Source: an uncultured Gemmatimonadales bacterium (GTDB lineage: Bacteria > Gemmatimonadota > Gemmatimonadetes > Gemmatimonadales > GWC2-71-9). Taken from it: a DNA stretch of 64,000 bases. Positions within the stretch are counted from its first letter, which is position 1, and each line of letters starts with the position of its first letter. Positions 56,135 through 64,000 of the stretch are shown here, one piece after another. The stretch lies in contig CAWJIM010000024.1 in NCBI GenBank assembly GCA_963842945.1, positions 96,001-160,000 of the forward strand, given 5' to 3'. The position numbers and the translations under genes were made by a program. Under the pieces are notes generated by a model. That model was not told the DNA's origin. It searched no databases and saw only the letters and a list, made by a program, of their open reading frames with translations.

Positions 56135-56986
56135 ATGCAGCAATCCGCGCTGAACCCCGTCGGTCCCGTCAACCTGGTGCCGCTGTTTCCCGGCCTGCAT
56201 CGCGAGCTGATGACGCTCCTCAGAGGCCTCGAGCCGGCGGACTGGCTGAAGCCCACCGCCTGTGCGCTCTGGTCGGTGAAGGACATCGTCGCCCATCTGC
56301 TGGACACCTGTCTCCGGCGGCTCTCCTTCGACCGCGACCGGCTCCAGACCGGGCCGAGACGCACCTTCGCGGATTATGCCGACCTGGTCGGCTATCTCAA
56401 TCAGCTCAACGCCGAGTGGGTTGGCACCATGCGCCGGGTCAGCCCGCGAGTGCTCATGGATCTCCTCGACCTGGCGGAGCCGCAGCTGCATGCCTACTTC
56501 GCTTCGCTCGACCCCGAGGCACCCGCCACCATCGGGGTCGCCTGGGCCGGTGAGGAGCGCTCGCTCAACTGGTTTGACCTCGGGCGGGAGTACACCGAGC
56601 GATGGCTCCACCAGCAGCAGATCAGGGAGGCCGTCGGAGCCCTCGCCCTGAGCCAGCGGCGCTGGCTCCATCCCACACTCGACATCTTCGTCCGCGCCCT
56701 GCCCTTCACCTACCGCCCGGTCGAAGCCCCGCCAGGCACGGCCGTCCGGCTCGAGATCACCGGTGACGCCGGCGGCGTCTGGACACTGGCGCAAGGCGCG
56801 AGCAGGTGGGAGCTGTTCACCGGCTCAGCCCCCTCGCCGGCCGCTCATGTGACCATGGATCAGGAAGTTGCCTGGAAGCTCTTCTCCAAGGGCCTTCGCC
56901 CGGAGCGGGCCCGCAGTGAGGTCCGCGTAGAGGGAGACGAGAGCCTGGGCCGGCCGATGCTCGGCGCTCTCGGTATCATGGCCTGA
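56135..56986 (+). CDS. DinB / maleylpyruvate isomerase N-terminal domain protein
   Basis: [26 protein letters not shown]. Confidence 0.85.
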   Translation: MQQSALNPVGPVNLVPLFPGLHRELMTLLRGLEPADWLKPTACALWSVKDIVAHLLDTCLRRLSFDRDRLQTGPRRTFADYADLVGYLNQLNAEWVGTMRRVSPRVLMDLLDLAEPQLHAYFASLDPEAPATIGVAWAGEERSLNWFDLGREYTERWLHQQQIREAVGALALSQRRWLHPTLDIFVRALPFTYRPVEAPPGTAVRLEITGDAGGVWTLAQGASRWELFTGSAPSPAAHVTMDQEVAWKLFSKGLRPERARSEVRVEGDESLGRPMLGALGIMA

Positions 56987-57191
56987 CTGTGGATCATATT
57001 TTGCACGGTTCCCCCGCCTGAGTGACGCAGCATCTCGCCGGACCTGCTGTTTCTCTCTCTGACAAATCGACCGATACTCGAGAATGCGCCGGGCAGGTGC
57101 ACCGCCCATCCCCTGGGGTGAAACGCAACCGTCGCGGACATATGCAAGCCCATCAAGCACTCAGGCACCCCAGAAGAAGGAATCCCTCAAC

Positions 57192-58298
57192 GTGACTGCT
57201 GCCATCGACATCAACCCGGCCGTAGCCTCGGCCAAGGCCTTCTTCACCGATGCCAGGGCCAAGAACGGACAGCTGGTCAAGCGGAAGACCTGGCGCCCCG
57301 CCAGCGAGCTGGCCGTGGACCTGGGCACCGCCAACACGCTGGTCTTCGTGAAGGGCGAAGGCGTCGTGCTCAACGAGCCCTCGGTCGCCGCCATCGATCA
57401 GGCCACCGGCAACATCCTGGGCATCGGACTCGAGGCCAAGCGGATGCTGGGCCGCACGCCGGAAGGCGTCCTGGCGGTCCGCCCCATGAAGGACGGGGTC
57501 ATCGCCGATTTCCATGTCGCAGAAAAGATGCTGCGCCACTTCCTCCGGATGGTGATCGACCGGACCATCCTCCGGGTGAAGCCCACCGTGGTCGTCTGCG
57601 TCCCGTCCGGGATCACCGAGGTCGAGCGCCGCGCCGTGCGCGACTCGGCCCAGTCAGCCGGCGTCAAGCGGCTGTTCATGGTGGCCGAGCCGATGGCCGC
57701 GGCGATCGGTGTGGGCCTGCCGGTGGAAACCCCGGTGGGCAGCATGGTCATCGACATCGGAGGCGGCACCACCAACATCGCGGTCATCGCCCTGTCGGGG
57801 ATCGTGTGCGATTCCTCGATCAGGACCGGGGGCGACGAGCTCGACCAAGCTATCGTCCAGTTCATGCGGAAGACCTACAGCCTCCTCATCGGTGAGCCCA
57901 CTGCGGAGCGGATCAAGATCAGCCTTGGCTCGGCGGTTCCGCTCGAGCGCGAAGGCGAGATGGACGTGAAGGGCCGCGATCTGGTGTCCGGCCTCCCCAA
58001 GACCATCCGAATCGATTCCCGAGGCGTGCGCGACGCGATCCAGGAGCCGGTCTCCCATATCATCAATGCGGTGCGCCGGGCGCTGGAAATGACCCCGCCC
58101 GAGCTGGCCAGCGACGTGCTCGAGAACGGCATCATGCTCACCGGCGGCAGCTCCCAGATCCGGGGACTCGACCAGCGGCTGATGGATGAGACCGGCTTGC
58201 CGGTCCGGATGGACGACGACCCGCTGACCTCGGTCGTCCGGGGCACCGGCAAGATCTTGGATGACTTCGCCCGATATGGTACTGTTCTAACAACCTGA
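57192..58298 (+). CDS. mreB: MreB-family actin-like protein
   Basis: DLGTANTL, NEPSV, RPMKDGVIADF, EPMAAAIG, DIGGGTT, TPPELASD, LTGG. Confidence 0.93.
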   Translation: MTAAIDINPAVASAKAFFTDARAKNGQLVKRKTWRPASELAVDLGTANTLVFVKGEGVVLNEPSVAAIDQATGNILGIGLEAKRMLGRTPEGVLAVRPMKDGVIADFHVAEKMLRHFLRMVIDRTILRVKPTVVVCVPSGITEVERRAVRDSAQSAGVKRLFMVAEPMAAAIGVGLPVETPVGSMVIDIGGGTTNIAVIALSGIVCDSSIRTGGDELDQAIVQFMRKTYSLLIGEPTAERIKISLGSAVPLEREGEMDVKGRDLVSGLPKTIRIDSRGVRDAIQEPVSHIINAVRRALEMTPPELASDVLENGIMLTGGSSQIRGLDQRLMDETGLPVRMDDDPLTSVVRGTGKILDDFARYGTVLTT

Positions 58299-58319
58299 AG
58301 CTTTTCGCCCAACAGGGCG

Positions 58320-58448
58320 GAACTCCCGTCCCTCATACCGGCATCCCCGCCCAAGCGGCGAGGGTGTCGGTGTGTTGTTTTTATGAACTCCCGCCCCTCA
58401 CACCGGCATCCCCGCAAAAGCGGCGAGGGCGTCGGTGTGAGGTCTTTT
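58320..58448. repeat. Two tandem ~63-nt direct repeats, each a branched hairpin followed by a T tract
   Basis: gaactcccgYccctcaYaccggcatccccgc...gcggcgagggYgtcggtgtg at 58320 and 58385. Confidence 0.85.
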
Positions 58449-58453
58449 AGGGA

Positions 58454-59082
58454 TCAGCTTGGGCCGCTGACCGCTGTGGGAACCCGACGGTCGGCGGTTG
58501 AGCCGTCGCCCAGTTGCCCGAACCCGTTGAATCCCCAACAGAACGCTGCATCCCCTGTGGTCAGCCCGCAAGGCGACGGGAAACGGGCGGGGTTCGGAGG
58601 CAGGCTCCCAGGGGAGAGGTTGTGGGGATGTCGCGGAGCCTGCCGTGAGAGCCCTCGTCCGTTTCCCGCTCCGCGTTGGGTGGGGAGGGATGTCGTTACC
58701 GGTGCATAAGCGAACTGGTCTGCGTATTGTCCGGACCTATGGACGCAAACCCGGCGCTGACCAACTGGAAGCGCAGACCACCGGCGACGGGGACTGGGCG
58801 GGTGCGCTGCGATATGTTGACCGCGCCATCGCCGAGCTGACCTACGCCATCGGCCCCCCAGCAGTAGGCGAGGTCATCGTAGGTCACCCCGCAGCTGTGG
58901 TACATGCCGGCGCTGATCTGGCGGAAGGACAGCGCCGCGGTTGCCTGAACGGCCAGAGCCGGGCTCACCGCCGGCTGTTCGGGCGCGACTGGGGAATCGC
59001 CGCAGCCGGCGGTAGCCGCGAGCAGGGCGAGAAGAAGCGAGACGGGGTACTGTTTGAGCTCGAAGCCTGGGGTCCGACGCAT
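58454..59082 (-). pseudogene. RCC1-repeat lipoprotein with internal deletion or replacement
   Basis: N part: AGC lipobox, ISAGMYHSCG..YCWG..GQLGDG. Separate C part: CGLTTGDAAFCWGFNGFGQLGDGSTADRRVPTAVSGPS*. Confidence 0.8.
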
Positions 59083-59169
59083 GGGATACTCCTGATGTTG
59101 TACCGGTAGTGGTGAATCTACCGTCGCCTCAGTGAGTCAAGCAGCCGTCAAGTGGGTACCTTCCCCGGG

Positions 59170-59973
59170 ATGAGGCCAACCGACGACGTCGCCCCCTGGA
59201 TCGAGCGCATGGCCCGGGTGGGGTACACGGCCAAGGGCATGCTCTACATCACCATCGGCTACCTCGCAGCCAAGGCTGGATTAGGCCAGGGCGGGAGCGT
59301 GACCGACACCAGCGGTGCCATGCGTCAGGTCAAGAGCGCGAGCCTGGGCCAGCCGCTGCTGCTGGTCATCGCCGCGGGCCTGCTGGGATACGCCGGTTGG
59401 CGGCTGGTCCAGGCCATCGCCGATCCCGAACGGCGCGGCACCGACGCCAAGGGCATCCTGATGCGCGCCGGTTTTGCGGCCCGCGGGGTTTTTCACGCCG
59501 GCCTCGGGCTCACTGCCATTCGTCTGGCTCTGGGTCAGCGCGGAGCAGCGTCCAGCAGCCAGGCACCGCACTGGACCGCTCGAGCTTTCCAGGTCCCGGG
59601 CGGCCGGCTTCTGGTCGCAGTCGCGGCGCTCTGCATTGCGGGGTACGGTCTGTACCAGTTCTATCGGGCCTGGTCGCCCCGAATGCGGCGACATCTCCAG
59701 CTCGCGGAGCTTCCAGCAGGAGCGCAGCGATGGGTGCTGGGGGTGAGCCGGTTCGGCGTTGCCGCAAGGGGCGTCGTCTTCTGTCTCATTGGACTCTTTC
59801 TGGGGCGGGCGGCCCTTCACCACGACCCGGCCCAGGCCGGCGGCATCCGAGAGTCGCTCCGAACCTTGGCAGCGACGGGACGCTGGGCCTTTGTGGTGGT
59901 GGCTCTGGGCCTGGTGGCCTATGGCGTCTACCAGCTGGTGAATGCCCGCTACCGGAACATCCGGATAGCCTGA
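59170..59973 (+). CDS. DUF1206-domain membrane protein
   Basis: Three repeats of R.G..A(K/R)G..(Y/F) with GL..YG.Y motifs. Confidence 0.85.
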   Translation: MRPTDDVAPWIERMARVGYTAKGMLYITIGYLAAKAGLGQGGSVTDTSGAMRQVKSASLGQPLLLVIAAGLLGYAGWRLVQAIADPERRGTDAKGILMRAGFAARGVFHAGLGLTAIRLALGQRGAASSSQAPHWTARAFQVPGGRLLVAVAALCIAGYGLYQFYRAWSPRMRRHLQLAELPAGAQRWVLGVSRFGVAARGVVFCLIGLFLGRAALHHDPAQAGGIRESLRTLAATGRWAFVVVALGLVAYGVYQLVNARYRNIRIA

Positions 59974-60391
59974 AGACCGGCCTGGATCAATGCGAAACGA
60001 CGCCGCATCCCATACATCCGGCTCCGGGCAGGGTACGGCGCGCGTGGGGCGCACTACATCGGAGAAACGGTGGACTACATCGTTGGGTCTGCTGGTTACA
60101 GCCTCGGGTGTTTGAGGTTCATCCGGTTCTGCTCGAATGACATCAGGGCTCTGCAGAGTTACTGGCCGAGTCCGGGCGCCTCCCCTGTGAGACCACAGCG
60201 GTTACCAGCGAAACCGGTACCTCTCCTGGCGAGAGCAGCGCACTCACCGGTCCGTCCGATAGCCTTACACTGAGCTCCTGCGCGGGTACATCTCGATCCA
60301 GCTCGAATACGATGGAGCCCGGACGATGTGCGAGGCGGGCCCGGCGGGCTACATCGCCGCGCTGTCGAACTACGGATCTAGGCCCGTGAGC

Positions 60392-60630
60392 TTACGATCG
60401 AGAGATTTTCGCCCTGACCTTCTTAACCGCCCGGGCCGCGCTCGACTTCGCCGAGCTGAGCGCCTTCTCCACCTTCTGCCGAACTCCCTTTAATCCGGTC
60501 CGCTTACCGCTGCGTTTGCTGGAGCTCTTCACCTTGCCTGAGGTGCTCCGCTTAGTGGAGGCGCGTTTGCGGGAGCTGCTCGTCTTTTACTGGATTTGCT
60601 GGAACCGGCCTTTCTGGTCTTCGAAGCCAT
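60392..60630 (-). CDS. Small Lys/Ser/Arg-rich basic protein (histone-H1-like); needs +1 A in a homopolymer
   Basis: RBS GGAGG; MASKTRKAGSSKSSK[K]TSSSRKRASTKRSTSGKVKSSSKRSGKRTGLKGVRQKVEKALSSAKSSAARAVKKVRAKISRS*. Confidence 0.7.
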
Positions 60631-60715
60631 CGTGACCTCCGGATAGGCGGCAAACTCGCGGCTGCTTACGCTGCAATGTCAGTCACGAGTATGTTCTGCC
60701 TCATTCCCCCTCGCA

Positions 60716-61351
60716 ATGGAGCAGTGTTCAGCGATGAGCCGTGCGGAACTGGCGACCCAGCTCGCCGACATCGGGCGGCAATTCTACAGCCGTGGCTGGG
60801 TGTTGGGCACCAGCGGGAACTTCAGCGCCGTGCTGAGCCGCGATCCCCTGCGCCTGGCCATCACCTCGAGCGGAGTGGACAAAGGAAGTCTCTCGCCCGG
60901 GGATATCCTGGAGATCGACCAGCACGGGGGCGTCGTGACCGGCTCCGGCCGCCCGTCGGCCGAGGTCAGCCTCCATCTGGCGATCGTCCGCGCCCGTGGG
61001 GCCGGGGCGGTGTTGCATACCCACTCGGTTTGGGGCACAATTCTCTCTGACGCTCCTGGCAGCGGGCTGGTGGTCCAAGGATACGAGATGCTGAAGGGAC
61101 TCGACGGCGTGGCCACGCACGAGCACCGCGAATGGCTGCCGGTAGTCGAGAATACCCAGGATTGGGAAACCGCAGCTCCATCCATCGAGGCGCTGCTGGC
61201 GACGTATCCCGAAGCCCACGGATTCCTGATCCGGTCGCACGGGCTCTACACCTGGGGACGGGATCTCGCCGAAGCAAAGCGGCAGGTAGAGATCCTGGAG
61301 TTTCTATTCGAAGTGACGGGACGAAAGCGAGGCATGACATGGCCACAGTGA
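60716..61351 (+). CDS. mtnB: Methylthioribulose-1-phosphate dehydratase
   Basis: GTSGNFS, TSSGVDKG, PSAEVSLH, LHTHS, HGLYTWG. Confidence 0.93.
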   Translation: MEQCSAMSRAELATQLADIGRQFYSRGWVLGTSGNFSAVLSRDPLRLAITSSGVDKGSLSPGDILEIDQHGGVVTGSGRPSAEVSLHLAIVRARGAGAVLHTHSVWGTILSDAPGSGLVVQGYEMLKGLDGVATHEHREWLPVVENTQDWETAAPSIEALLATYPEAHGFLIRSHGLYTWGRDLAEAKRQVEILEFLFEVTGRKRGMTWPQ

Positions 61352-61909
61352 GAATTCCCGACGAGCAGCGCACCCTGACCGATCAGGACGAGGTCACCCG
61401 CTATCTGGCGACCCTCGGCATAGACTACGTGCGCTGGCCCAACAGCGAGCGCGTCCCCGACGAGGCATCGGTCGAGGAAGTGCTGGCCGCATACGCGCCC
61501 GAGATCGAGCGTCTGAAGGAGAGCGGCGGCTACGTCACCGCCGACGTCATCGATGTGACGGCCCAGACACCCAAACCTCGACGCCATGCTGGCCAAGTTC
61601 AGCGTGGAGCACTGGCACGATGAGGATGAGGTGCGCTACATCGTTCGGGGACGGGGAATCTTTCACATTCATCCCCGGGACAACGACCCGGTCATCGCCA
61701 TCGAGTGCGAGGCCGGCGACCTCATCCGCGTACCGCGCGGCACCTGGCATTGGTTCGATCTCTGCGGCGACCGGAACATTCGCGCTATCCGGCTGTTCCA
61801 GGACAAGGCGGGATGGACGCCCCACTACACCGACAGCGGCGCCGACAAGGGTTACCAACCCCTATGCCTGGGTCCCTCCTATATCCCGGTCCGGACGGCG
61901 TCGAGCTGA
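61339..61909 (+). CDS. mtnD: Acireductone dioxygenase, frameshift near 61575
   Basis: [37 protein letters not shown]. Confidence 0.93.
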
Positions 61910-62614
61910 AGCAAATCGGCGTCGTCCTGCTGGACATCGAGGGCACCACCACGCCGCTCGATTTCGTCCACCAAACATTGTTCGGATATGCCCGCTCTCG
62001 TGTAGCGGGATTCCTCGAGCGCCAATGGAACGATCCCGAGGTTCGGGGTGACGTCGCCCGGCTCAACGCCGAGCACGTGATCGAGTCGCGCGAGCCCTCG
62101 CTGCCGACGTGGCGTGACAACGCCGGCGGGGTAGCGGCCTACGTCCACTGGCTGATGGGGCGCGACGGGAAGTCCACCGGGCTCAAGTCGCTGCAGGGAA
62201 AAATCTGGGAGGAGGGTTATCGCTCGGGTGAGCTCAAGGGCGAGGTCTATCCCGACGTGCCTGCCGCCCTGGAGCGTTGGCGCAACCAGGGCATCGGCAT
62301 CGCCATCTTCTCGTCGGGCAGTGTCCAGGCCCAGCAATCGCTCTTCAAGAACACCAATGCCGGTGATCTCAGTCAGTTTTTCCGGGCCTACTTCGATACG
62401 ACCACCGGCCCGAAGAAGGAGCCGCGCAGCTATACCCGGATCGCGCAGGCGCTGAACTGCCGGCCCTCCGAGGTGCTCTTCATCTCCGATGTTCCCGCGG
62501 AGCTCGATGCGGCACGAACGGCAGGCATGCAAACCGCCCTATGCGTGCGGAATCCAGCCGATGCCCCGGCCGACGGCGCGCATCAGGTGATTCACACCTT
62601 CGACGGAATTCTGA
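61906..62614 (+). CDS. mtnC: Enolase-phosphatase E1 (acireductone synthase); ends approximate
   Basis: [42 protein letters not shown]. Confidence 0.92.
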
Positions 62615-62652
62615 GCTCCCGGAATTCCCCTCGACTTGAAGCCTCACCCCCG

Positions 62653-62991
62653 ATGCCGCCGATTCCTGCGGACATCGAGGCTGCCGTGTCGGCCTGGATG
62701 CGGGGTCGGGGCTGGCGGGTAAATCCGGTCCGGTGGGAATTGGAGGACCCCAACATGGGCTTCTACGTCTGGCAGGAAGAACCCCGCTCGATGGGGAAGG
62801 GCCATGCGCTATGGCTCGACGAGGCAATGATCCGGCACCTGAAGCCGGAGGAACTGATTCAGGTGCTGGAGCGCGAAGCCGTGGCCGAGGCGATCCGGAT
62901 CAGCTACAAGGTGCGGATCGAGGAACGGGGCGCCGATTACCGGGTGTCGGTGGTGCCCAGGAAATCGGGTGAGTTCAAGAGGACGGAGTGA
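62653..62991 (+). CDS. Hypothetical protein, in frame with mtnC as assembled
   Basis: MPPIPADIEAAVSAWMRGRGW...; coding-like composition. Confidence 0.6.
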   Translation: MPPIPADIEAAVSAWMRGRGWRVNPVRWELEDPNMGFYVWQEEPRSMGKGHALWLDEAMIRHLKPEELIQVLEREAVAEAIRISYKVRIEERGADYRVSVVPRKSGEFKRTE

Positions 62992-63012
62992 TTGCGGGTT
63001 GCAAACGGGATG

Positions 63013-63059
63013 TAGTGGAGCGGACCGGGATCGAACCGGCGACCCCCTGCTTGCAAAGC
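63013..63059 (-). mobile_element. 3' half of tRNA-Ala(TGC); probable att site of an integrated element
   Basis: GCTTTGCAAGCAGGGGGTCGCCGGTTCGATCCCGGTCCGCTCCACTA; no D-arm or 5' acceptor strand upstream; GC drops to the right. Confidence 0.8.
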
Positions 63060-63565
63060 CCTTCCAGGCGGTAGGCGACGCGTTCAATCTGTAGCAACGC
63101 GTAACTCGCAACTGATTGCGGTGACGAACGTTTCATGCGTGTTCGGTGCCCGTTCGTGACTGCCCATGCCACACAGATCAGGTGCGAGTTATGAGAGAAT
63201 GGCCACTGGATGGCCACCAGTAAACCTGATGCCTCATACATGACCCAGAGTCATTCGCACAGGATTTTGAAGGTTGGAGACCCCACTTCAGCGCTTGTTG
63301 TCCCACCGGCACTTAGCACCGAAGCCCTTGGAGCGCCTCACCATCCCACCGGAACCGAGCGGAACGGGGAGGAACCGAAGTACACCCACGGAACTACCGC
63401 CGGTGCTACCGGCCGACCCAATGAGGAGGGGGGCTAACTGGTGAGTCGCTTTAAGTGCCACGGCCAGAAGCCACCGATCATCAACACAATAAGGGTGGCA
63501 GGTCAACTCATTGAGTGCGCTCAAACCCACTGCTGAACATCGAAGCTTGAGCGAGAGGTCGCTGC

Positions 63566-63979
63566 TCAAGATGCGGCCCGTGGGTGTTTAACATGGCAAA
63601 CGAGTGTTGCCTGGCCGGAGGGCGCCCACACGAATCGCATGTGGGTAGTTACCGTCCCCGCTACGCCACACCCCTCTCCCTTAATCACAAGCGCTGACGG
63701 TGGTCCCGAGGGCGTTCTTACCCGACACACCAGAGTGGCATTGCCACTACTGGCAATGGTGACCCGCGAGTCGGATGCAAGCCCGCGGGGCCGAGCAAGC
63801 ACAAGAATGCCTCTTAGAGGCAGCCCGGGCAGCGGAAATTCCCGCCACGGTGCCGAATGTGAGTGCGGAGAGGCCCCGCGGGCCAGCTGCGTTTCGACAG
63901 TAGAAGGTGAGGAGGCTTCGTTGGAGCAGGCTAGCATAAACACCACAAGCGAGACTTGAGCTGCGACTAGATGACGCAT
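63566..63979 (-). CDS. Hypothetical lipoprotein (island cargo)
   Basis: Lipobox MLAC; repeated SG(N/Q)ATLVC motif. Confidence 0.55.
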   Translation of the reverse strand: MRHLVAAQVSLVVFMLACSNEASSPSTVETQLARGASPHSHSAPWREFPLPGLPLRGILVLARPRGLASDSRVTIASSGNATLVCRVRTPSGPPSALVIKGEGCGVAGTVTTHMRFVWAPSGQATLVCHVKHPRAAS

Positions 63980-64000
63980 AATGGCTCCAAGAAAGCAAGA

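Noticed and set aside
55832..56794. Long N-terminal extension of SodA
   Set aside because: Antisense to the DinB-family gene; SodA has its own RBS and ATG at 55831.
57000..57190. Riboswitch upstream of mreB
   Set aside because: I could not match the conserved core of any riboswitch family by eye; an Rfam scan is needed.
57192..58298. MamK / magnetosome gene
   Set aside because: Motifs are MreB-type and there are no mam genes nearby.
58320..58448. CRISPR array
   Set aside because: Only two long units, no unique spacers and no cas genes in the window.
63013..63059. Functional tRNA-Ala
   Set aside because: The 5' half (acceptor strand and D-arm) is missing.

Overview
High-GC bacterial chromosomal window. 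The gene content and protein style suggest Gemmatimonadota; this is an inference, not verified. It is mostly housekeeping: carB (partial), rmd/gmd, rpmB, an alpha operon (rpmJ-rpsM-rpsK-rpoA-rplQ, no rpsD), pyrF/pyrD, amidase, smpB, tRNA-Leu, an Rrf2-cysM-JAB-Ubl/MoeZ sulfur cluster, aspA, trxB, 2-oxoacid dehydrogenase E1/E2, hppA, ino1-pgsA, a peptidoglycan-recycling cluster, TonB/ExbBD, two-component genes, sodA, an orphan mreB and mtnBDC. A tRNA-Ala 3' fragment near the right end marks the edge of a probable integrated element. More than 25 single-base frameshifts in ordinary genes point to an indel-rich long-read assembly. The main unexplained signal is about ten 50-150 bp elements whose arms are short tandem arrays (7-, 8- or 9-nt units) in inverted orientation. 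They sit at stop codons or inside genes, and one 'filled' copy has 31-bp inverted arms around a GxxExxY PD-(D/E)XK nuclease gene: a candidate autonomous/non-autonomous mobile system. The ORF track also misses a UGA-selenocysteine peroxiredoxin, a 50-aa internally deleted peroxiredoxin and a 79-aa histone-H1-like basic protein.
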